DNA from: Bilabrum cf. latius
Taxonomy: Eukaryota
Direction of reading: 5' to 3'
NCBI GenBank assembly: GCA_965178125.1
Contig: OZ237744.1
Span: 620,001 to 684,000, forward strand
DNA: 64,000 nucleotides
Made by a program: the position numbers and the translations under genes. The notes beneath the pieces are model-generated. The model worked only from the letters and a program-made list of their open reading frames with translations, made no database searches and was not told the origin of the DNA. Shown here in pieces: positions 55,828-64,000 of the stretch; positions within the stretch are counted from its first letter, which is position 1; every line of letters starts with the position of its first letter.

Positions 55828-57798
55828 ATGGCCTATACTGTTTCAATATGTATGTGGTCTGCACTGATGGCCTCATTCACCCTGAGCGTTGCCAGTGGTG
55901 GCGCCCCTCCCAAATCTTCGAGGCAGGATCCACCCATTGTTCTAGACTTTAAGGCTATGCGCAGGAGAGCATAGAGCGGCACAGAAGAAGTAGTAACGGC
56001 AGTAGATAATCCCGGTCTACATTTTGTATGTTCCATCCCTGAGCTGGGTGTGTCGTGTGGCGTTTGTGCCACATCGTCGCAGCAGCCAGTCTTGCTGTTC
56101 AATCTGTCCAAGACGCAGAGTCACATGCCAATTACACTAATTAAATAGTCTGATGATAGAACAAAGCTATTTGCAGCGGACCTGTGCTCAAACCATGGCT
56201 GGGATGCGGCCAGGACAGTGCAAGACGGTTTGGAAGCTGCCGTGTAGCCGGACGATAGGTAGCATTTGAATCTCTCCTAGTGCACAGAACCCGCGCCGAA
56301 TGCGAAGCCGCCCGGTCTGGTTTATTTTGACGGTGACAGTGGAGGCGGTCTCTTCAACCCCAGGCCAGATTCTGCCGCCGGCGGACTGCCGGCTTCGCTC
56401 GCGGCCCCGAGAGCTGCGTGCTACTGCCATCCCGACAACGGGGGAGAGTGCGCCCCTTTGCTCCCCGTATTAGGATCGTTAGAAGGACAAGGGAGAGTCT
56501 ATCGGCCAGATATGTATTCAAGGGGCAGGGGATCCACCACAGAGGCAGACGATCCTGCGGGCGGCGGCGGCACCCCAGCCGCTGACCAGGTTCCCGAAGG
56601 TTCGCTGACGTGGTCCGGTGTGGATGTGCTGAGTATCGACGTGGGAAGAGGAGATGCAGGGCAGGGTGGAGAGGCGGGGGACGTCCATCAGGAGGAAGTT
56701 GCGGTGTTCAGCTTTGGATCTCCCGCCATGGGCTGGGACGGCGGTGACTGGACACAGGCGGGGGTTCTTGTGCCGGGCTTGGGAGACGGCTCTTCGCGGG
56801 AAAATCAGGGCTGCTTCGGAAGGTCGGGAGTCACCGGCCGCTGCGCCATAGTGATGGTGCTGTCGTGCGATCACGATGCCTTCGAAGAGGTCGAGGACGA
56901 TGCGAGAGACAATCAAGAAGAAGAAGGGACCAGCAAGGTGGTTCGCCTCGACCTAGAGAGGCCTCCCAGAGTATCCGACAGCATTCGAGACAGGAACACG
57001 CGGGATGCCTGCGCTCTCGTCCTGGAGCGAATGGGCTTCAATATCAATTCGGACGTGCAGTCAATCTGCCTGCGCGTGTTTGCAGCTGAGGCGTGCTTGT
57101 ACTAGCCATGTCCCAACGCCTGCAGCGCCCACGGCCAGTGCTTGCCCGACGGCTCTTGTAGCTGCGACTAGGGCTGGGCTTCGGCCGACTGTTCCTCTGA
57201 AGCCACTTGCATGGAGCAAGGCGGCTGCAGCGAGTTTGCAGCCTGCAGGTGGCAGATGGGGGAGACCGGTGAAGGGCAGGATGGCGGTGGCGGAGATGGC
57301 GAGGATGGGCCTGCAGTCAGGCCAACTGCAGTGTGCACATGCAGGGGCGGGTATCGCGGGAACGGCTAGGAATGTTCGTCGGATCCTAGGAGCGGGTTCG
57401 CGGGACCCAGCAATGGGGGTGGGGCCGAGGGTGAGGTGGTGGTGCTGTTCGTGCTGGTTGCGGTGCTGTGTGTTTCTGTAGGCACTGCGTTGATGTGCAT
57501 CTTGCTGCGGCCCTGGATCGCGGCAAGGTGTCCCGCGTGCGGCAAGTTGCTGGCTCGGTGCCTGGGCGACGGGCCAGGCAATGCTAGCACATTGCGGGCT
57601 CGGAGGGAGCTGGCGCAGCTGCGCGGCAGGACCGGAGCTCATGGCGAGATGGAAGGGACGGGCATTGAGCTAGAGAGTGACAGCGATGGTGGCACTGGTG
57701 TCGAAGGGGGGCAAGGGGCTGCGGCCGATGCAGCTGATGTCGACAATATGGTGCTGGCCGATCATCATGATCCTGGTCGAGCAGCGACGGCCGTGTGA
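55828..57798 (+). CDS. Type I membrane protein with two EGF-like domains (~656 aa); 8 in-frame TAG codons
   Basis: ATG 55828 gives MAYTVSICMWSALMASFTLSVASG (signal-peptide-like). One frame runs to TGA at 57796 with only TAG interruptions (55972, 56146, 56245, 56260, 56278, 57103, 57169, 57367). EGF-like CPNACSAHGQCLPDGSCSCD*GWASADCS and CTCRGGYRGNG*EC; TM segment VVVLFVLVAVLCVSVGTALMCILL. Confidence 0.8.
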
Positions 57799-58001
57799 TG
57801 GACAGCGCCACAGCATGTGTCACTGACATAGTGGTCGTGTGTATTGCGTGTAGTCAGTCCACGGTAATCAATTTGTTGGTTGCGACATAGCGACGCATGC
57901 GGCCCACCTGGGCATTCCCGATGTTCCAGTAGCAGCAGCAATGTCTCAAGTTCATCACACACGCAAGCCATCCAGATCAAGCTCTACCAAAGAGGGGCCC
58001 T

Positions 58002-59695
58002 TCAGTTCATGAATCCCGACCCGCTCACAGCGATCGCAAGGATGGTTTCCTTGCAGGCAGAGAAGACGCGCTCCACGTTCTTGGTGTCCCTGCGGTGTAC
58101 GAGAGTGTACGAGAGTGTGCGCGAGGTAGGCTAGGTGCTTGCAATGGTAGCAGTAGGCGCTGCCGGCGGGGCGAGCGTACATTGATTGAGCGCGCGTTGC
58201 CGACTGGGACCGTCTCTCACGTGGCGCATGTGACATAGGGGTACACCTTGCGCGCCCCGTCCTCGGCGATGTCAGTGAACTGATGCTCCATGTACTCCTG
58301 GGCCCCCTTGAGCGTTTCCTCCTTTTCTTCCTCGCTCATGTCCTCGCTGAGCATGCCCCCATCGTAGTCAACGAACCTTCCGTCTTCTTCGTCCTCGTCG
58401 TCTCCTTCGGGCAGCTGCTTGATGTCAACCTTGTACAGCTTCTCCTCGAACAGGTCCTTTTTGTTCAGGAACAGGATGAACGACGTTGACTCGAGGAAGA
58501 ACGAAGACGAATACAACTCGGAGAACAGGCGAACCGCCTCATCAACTCTGCGTGACAGAGCATCGAGTAGGGTGCAAGCACGGTAATGGCGTTGGATTGG
58601 CTGCAACTGCTGGTGCTCGGGTATGCATGTCCGAGGCGCAGGCCGACCAGAGGCAGGCCATTCACAGCCATGCACCCAACTAACCTGTTTGTGACTCCAT
58701 CCTCGAACAGGACCTGGTCGTACTCGCTGATTGCTGCCACAAATATGACCGCGGTGACCTGAGTTCAGAAAGAGGGGCCGCAATCGAGGGAAGCAATGCA
58801 AGTGCCCCCCGGATTACAAGACAAAGGTGCAGCTGCAGGCACAAGAGTACTTTGCTCACATTGTCGAAGCAGTTGATCCACTTCTTGCGCTCATTCCTCT
58901 GCGGGCACACAAAAAGAAGCAGGCGGATGAGATTCTTGGACGGGCGTTCTTGCAGCATTGCAATCCAATGGTCGGTGCAGCGCGTGACGCAGCAATGTCT
59001 CACCTGCCCACCGACATCATACATTTCAAATGGGGTGCCTTCGATATTGTACTGCTCATTCACAATCCCGCTAGTACGCACGCGAGACGCCAGAATGTCG
59101 CTGACGGAAGGGATGTACGACGGCTTCGTGACTTCCTCAGCCTTGCTCAGGAAGCGCTTGGTGCAATCATTAAGCTGGAACGACGCCCTCTTTTCGAAGG
59201 TGGCCTGGATGCCCGGGTCCTCCCAAAGTGCTTTGACAGCAGCGCCGTCGTCCTCATCGAGTTCTCGCTCGGGGTCGAAGCCCTTGGCGCGCTCTGCTGC
59301 CTCAGTTGCCTCGATTTCGTGGCCAAGGATTCCGGCCTGGTCAATCAATACTTGCACTGAAGTAACGATGTTGCCGTGTATAATGCCTCGCGACGCCGCC
59401 CGATCGGCTTCGCCAAATCCACTCCCGTACAGAATCCTCATTTGCTTGAAGATAGTCGACTTCCCGCTGCGCGAAATTAAATTGGACGCAGCTATTAAGT
59501 GCGGTTGAAATAGGATACCGCGCGACGCTGTGCAATACCACTAGCCTGGCCCCTGCGAAAGACATTTTCTCACGATTCGCCAGCGCCCAGCAATAGCAGC
59601 TTCACCTTCTACTCCTCTTTCTTGTGCTCCTCATCCAACTACTTTTCGAGCTCATATGCAAGCTGTGCCGCTTCGGAGCTCCCGCACAAACCCAT
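58002..59695 (-). CDS. Heterotrimeric G-protein alpha subunit (~370 aa); exons 59695-59574, 59466-59004, 58898-58860, 58758-58685, 58547-58221, 58089-58002; two in-frame TAG codons in exon 1
   Basis: MGLCGS lipidation motif; G1 KLLLLGAGESGKST; G2 RVRTSGI; G3 DVGGQRNERKKW; G4 FLNKKDLF; G5 TCATDT. Five GT-AG introns of 101-137 nt with consistent phases. Ends in TGA. Confidence 0.95.
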
Positions 59696-59845
59696 GTTTC
59701 ACGGTGTGTGTTGCGGAGTCCCAGCCGCCGAATCGTGCGACCAAGAAGCACGCCACTGCGATCGCAGCGGAACCAAGATTTTCTGGCGCCACGCACTGGT
59801 TTGGATCGCCCACAAAGACGCATCAGCTCACGGATTGCTGCACAG
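59696..59845. promoter_or_regulatory. 150-bp divergent intergenic region (probable bidirectional promoter)
   Basis: Separates the G-alpha ATG at 59695 (-) from the amidase-like ATG at 59846 (+). Confidence 0.5.
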
Positions 59846-61871
59846 ATGGCTTCTGTTGGGGGCGGTGGCGAGCTGTAGAAGACATATGAGCGAAAGATCC
59901 GTGGCCACTCTCTCGTGGATGCCCACGCTCGATTCGGCGACAAGCGCTTGACCGCAAAAGACTTGCTCACGATTCTTACAGCACACCGTGACGCGCATGC
60001 CGACTCTCTAAACTGCCTCACGTCCATTGAGGATTCTGATACTATCATGTAGGTTCAGCCTTGATCCCGAATGGTGCCCTTGCATGCCTTGGGGCACTTC
60101 AATGCGTTGCTGGCAGTGGGTCCGTTGGGTAGCCCGGTCCTTGAGTGCCTTCTGCTGCAAATAATAATCGTAATTGTTTAAATGTGAATTCATTCATTTT
60201 CGCCTTCTTCATCTCGCAGCGAGAGTGGGGCTCAAGCCGACGAGGAGCGCCTGGCGGGCAAAGGGAAGCCACTCGGCGGAATCCCGTTCGTTGTCGGCGA
60301 TACCCTGAACACTAGCGACACGGTAACGTCAGCTGGGACTGAGTTTTTGGATGAGTGGGTGCCGAGTGACACTTCCCCCAGCGTATTGGCCCTTCAGGCA
60401 GCAGGCGCAGTGCGTATCGGCAAGTCAAACGTGGATTCCCTGGGTGAGGCTGAGGTTAATGTATCATGCTGACTTGCCACGCCAAACTTAGCGTGGCTTT
60501 AGCTGAGGCAATAAGTAGCATTGCGTGTCGGTGCCGTCAACGCAGCGCCGCATGGTTCGCCCATGCCTTTTCGCCCGTCGCAGGACACAACAACGGCGGC
60601 TCGTCCGTCCGATTTGGTGTGACGATTAATCCTTACAGCCCAGCCCATGGTACCGGTGGAACGAACGGTGGCGCTTCCGCGGCAGTGGCAGCTCGTATCG
60701 CGATGTTTGGCCTGGTCACAGACACGGACGGCTCAACCATGGCCCCAGCTGCCCTGTGCGGCACGGTGGCCTACCGACCTACGCCCGGCCGGTACCTCGC
60801 TGCCGGTGCCATTCCACGCTCCATCAGCTTCGATGGCATGGCCGTGGTGGCACGAACCACGTAGGACGCCCGCATCGTAGACGCCGTGCTCTCCGCTGCA
60901 GGCACCGCGGGAGCGGAAGACGCGGAAGAGGCTGCAGCTCAGGTAGACTGGCGACCGTACGTGGAGGAGGTGCACATAAAGGACGCCTCTTCTGCCTCTG
61001 CGACCGGGGAACGAGCCAAACCCGACATCAAGGGCGTGAAGGTTGGCGTGATCAAGTCGTTTGGCGCAGACGCGAAGGACTCTGCAGCGACTGGATTTGC
61101 GAGCTTCCTGCGCGCGGCAGGGTCGGGCGGTGCGACTTTGGTGGAGGACGTGCCAGTGGACGACGTGAACGGGATGGCACTGCCAGATGTGGCCAAACAG
61201 GTCATGGGTAGGGTGTGCACGTACGAACAGGCCCGCGAGCTAAGCCTGTACTTTTACAGGAGAGGTGCACGCACGAGCGCGCTGGACGTCGCAGAGCACT
61301 TGGAGGAGGATGGGATCAGGGGCAAGCTGGTGAGCCAGCTGACGGGGGAGGAGGGCATCGACGGCGTGGTCTCGTTCGAACAGTACCGCGAGGACATCTC
61401 AAAGAACATCCCTGCCATCAAGGCAGCCGTCATGAAGGCCTTTGAGGACGCTGGAACTGGCCTTCTGTGCTGCATTGCTACCCCCGATGGGACTGCTGCT
61501 GCCCTCCCTGGTGATGCGGGCAAGGGCATCACAGGGGCCGCTTCCATGGCTTCGCATGCGTCCGTGTTTGTCATCGTGAGTTGTGTCGCGCGTGCTATTT
61601 CGCGCATTGCTCCCTGTTGCTGCATGGGGACTGCCGCTGTTCTGCCGTACGATTTCCAGCGATTCCCCCACCTGCGCTGTCGTTTCGTATCTTATCGCAG
61701 GCTGGCTGCCCCGTGGTCTCCATCCCCTTCAGCAAGCTGAACGGCGGCAAGACCCCCTCGGGCGCGCTCCTGGTGGGGCAGCCCGGCAGCGACGGCGAGC
61801 TCCTGAAGGCGGCGCACGGCTTGCAATCGCATGCAGGATTCCCCGTGGGACCCAGCAAGTTTGTCAAGTGA
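59846..61871 (+). CDS. Amidase-signature (AS) family protein with degenerate catalytic triad (~529 aa); exons 59846-60048, 60220-60443, 60584-61575, 61701-61871; in-frame TAG at 59876 and 60862
   Basis: PLGGIPFVVGDTLNT, LQAAGAVRIGKSN, FGVTINPY, GGTNGGASAAVAA, VTDTDGSTMAPAALCGTVAYRPTPGR, ART, and C-terminal AGCPVVSIP...PSGALLVG...DGELL follow the AS-family order. GT-AG introns have consistent phases. Ends in TGA. Confidence 0.85.
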
Positions 61872-62149
61872 AGCGTGTCTTGGTTTGGTGCCACTGCTAG
61901 CGATTCGCGGCCGTGGTCAAAGAATGGTAACACAAGAAGAGGTGGAATGCACTCACATGCAGTCGTTCTATTTCACGGCTCACCAATCTGGAATCCGGGT
62001 TCAAGACGCTAGAGGGTTCCCTGCCTGCGCAGCAAGCAGCGTTCCGTTGGATCCAGTGCAGCTCACGCTATGGCTGCTTGAATGCTTCGGGAAACCACAT
62101 GTCATGTCAATTCAATGCTATGGGCATGGCTTGCTGGAGGCATGCAAAA

Positions 62150-63508
62150 TCAAAGCTCCTCCGCTCTCGATTGTCTAGTGCCAGAGCCCCCATCGGTACC
62201 CTTGGATTGCACGTCTGCAAGCCTCCTGGCCATCTCCCTGGTGATGTCGAGGTACCCACGAGGCCCCAAATCGCCGTAGTCCTTGAAAGTTTTTGAGGTT
62301 CCCAGTCCTCGCCGCATATCCTCGGGTATGCCCTTGCCATCCGGCACGGTCCACGGCACAGCGGGCTCGATCTGCGTGCCCTCTCCCCACTCGTTGAACG
62401 TCGAGACCCCCACCGATGCTGGCGGGATGGGAAGACCCAGAGCCGCCTCCCACATCCCTCGGTAGTACTGCCCTCCATTCCTTCTCCTTACGTTCGCTTT
62501 GTTCCACGGTCGGATCCTCGAATCGTCGTACCCAGGAGCCACAGAGGGCATGAAGAGCAGCCCCAGCTGGCCAGCCTCCTCCGCCATCGTGGGCCACCGA
62601 CCGGGAGTGGAGCCGTAGCTGAACCCCGCCGCTCCAAAATACGTGTAGCCGCCGTCAAATCCGCCTGCTCGCAAGTCTTTTCCGCTTGTTCTCTCTAGCC
62701 AGAGACCGATCGCAACCACGTCACGGTCCGTGCCTCTGATGCTGCTGACGGCACCTTCTGCTTCCACTATACCGGCGTGCGTATCGGGCGCCTCTGAATC
62801 TCCCAGCAGCAGTTTCCACTCCTTTGCTGTGATGTGATACGAATCAAACACGTACACTACTGGACCACAGTGTCCTGTTCGCGTGCCGCTAGCTGACGCG
62901 CACCGTGATGCTGTCGATGGCTCGCGCTGCCATTGCTGAACGCCTGCATCGGAGCGATACAATTTGCACCACAGCATAGCCGGATGATTTGCATACTTTG
63001 CGTTCACGTACTCCAGATCTGCCTTTATTGAATGGATGGACCGGTTCCTATACGGCTCCATGTGCAGCGAGACCATGATACCTTCCGCTGCAGCATCATC
63101 CATCAGCTCAAGTAAAAAGCCATCAGAGTTAACCCCTTGCGTATCATGCGTACCTTCAACATCGGGACGCCCCCACCACGACACTACAGCGGTAGTTATC
63201 CCAGCATCTGCCATTTGACGGAAGTGCAACCGCCTAGAGGTCGCACTCTGAGAGCTATACAGGCCAAGCTACGGATAAAACGGAGAGTGAGGATCTTCTG
63301 GAGGGCTATACTATCCCTTTGGGTACTATTCTGTGACAGATGAGACCCAGTGAGGTAACACCTCGTGGTCCCAATGCAGCCACTTTTCGTTAATGTCCGG
63401 GTTTCCGTACCAAACGTAGTAAAACGCATGAACTCCCGTACAACGGTCGAGTACAGGAGGTGATGCAATCGCTGGAATGGCAAATATTACTGCCACGAGA
63501 ACCTCCAT
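62150..63508 (-). CDS. Glycoside hydrolase family 99 endo-alpha-1,2-mannosidase/mannanase (MANEA-like), ~452 aa; in-frame TAG at 63326, 63311, 63269
   Basis: ORFs 63326..63508 and 62150..63229 are in one frame. VHAFYYVWYGNP, HWDHEVLPHW, PFYP*LGLYSS, LHMEPY, GGFDGGYTYF, FMPSVAPGYDDSRIRPWN and the catalytic motif STFNEWGEGTQIEP match GH99. Hydrophobic N-terminus. Ends RAEEL-TGA. Confidence 0.93.
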
Positions 63509-63924
63509 CCGAAGAATTGAGGAAGAAAGGTTTGGCTATGTTTGTTTGTGGCTCCGGGTACGGTATGTGGTCGTAATGCGCTTGGTTTGGTATTGTTCTC
63601 TTTCATATCATCATTTGAACGGGCAGTGCATGCAACGGTAAGTTGCTGGCCGCTCAGTGGGAAGGGAGCGTTCGATGCTGTCACGGTGTTGGCGCACCCG
63701 AGCGGCTGGCCGTGCTCTATTCCCGGCCGTGGGTCGTGACCGAGGATCAATCCAATCATATTGCCCTCGTTTCAATGCAGACGGTCAAGCATTCAGCGGC
63801 TGGGCCATTTCCCGGTCCAGGCAGCTCCAGGAAGGCTGCTACCAAGTGGTGGGACAGCAAGAATGCGTCAGTCATCGCTGGAGTCGCGTAGATGACTTAC
63901 ACGTGCCCCAGTCACAGCAAAGAC

Positions 63925-63999
63925 TTAGCCGTGCAAAGCAGTGGCGATCGTATCCATGGCCCACTTTGGATTGGACTTGGCCTCTGCCCCCACCGCCTC
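63925..63999 (-). CDS. Possible 3' end of a gene entering from the right edge (…EAVGAEAKSNPKWAMDTIATALHG-TAA)
   Basis: Short open frame with coding-like composition ending in TAA at 63925-63927; too short to identify. Confidence 0.25.
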   Translation of the reverse strand, partial: EAVGAEAKSNPKWAMDTIATALHG

Positions 64000-64000
64000 T

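Noticed and set aside
60050-60052. Apparent additional in-frame TAG in the amidase-like gene (ATC ATG TAG)
   Set aside because: It lies within the intron donor GTAGGT starting at 60049; exon phase requires splicing after AT.
1-64000. Recoded bacteriophage or prokaryotic DNA (TAG=Gln is known in some phages)
   Set aside because: Spliceosomal GT-AG introns, ubiquitin E1 and heterotrimeric G-alpha indicate a eukaryotic nuclear genome.
1-64000. Assigning the organism (the protein style is reminiscent of heterotrophic stramenopile flagellates)
   Set aside because: There is no rRNA or diagnostic marker in the window; a UBA1 or 18S phylogeny is needed.

Overview
Compact eukaryotic (protist-like) nuclear DNA with short GT-AG introns and very short intergenic regions. 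The window uses a non-standard genetic code. TAG is a sense codon, most likely Gln, while TAA and TGA remain stops: all seven complete genes end in TGA (six) or TAA (one), none in TAG. Read this way, the fragmented ORF track collapses into eight genes. (1) An intronless minus-strand reading frame of at least 34.9 kb (at least 11,634 aa, running off the left edge). It encodes a secreted giant with a vitellogenin/large-lipid-transfer-like N-terminus, apolipoprotein-like helices, about 25-30 FN3/Ig-like modules, an FG-GAP motif, a GPS/ZU5-like HLT motif and PKD-like domains. (2) Ubiquitin-activating enzyme E1. (3) A second intronless giant (about 4,831 aa) with Cys-rich modules and the same FN3-like module family. 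(4) A probable GPI-anchored surface protein. (5) An EGF-domain type I membrane protein. (6) A heterotrimeric G-protein alpha subunit. (7) An amidase-signature protein with a degenerate catalytic triad. (8) A GH99 endo-alpha-mannosidase with a KDEL-like C-terminus. I saw no RNA genes, CRISPR arrays or mobile elements. Domain calls come from motif recognition by eye, not database searches.
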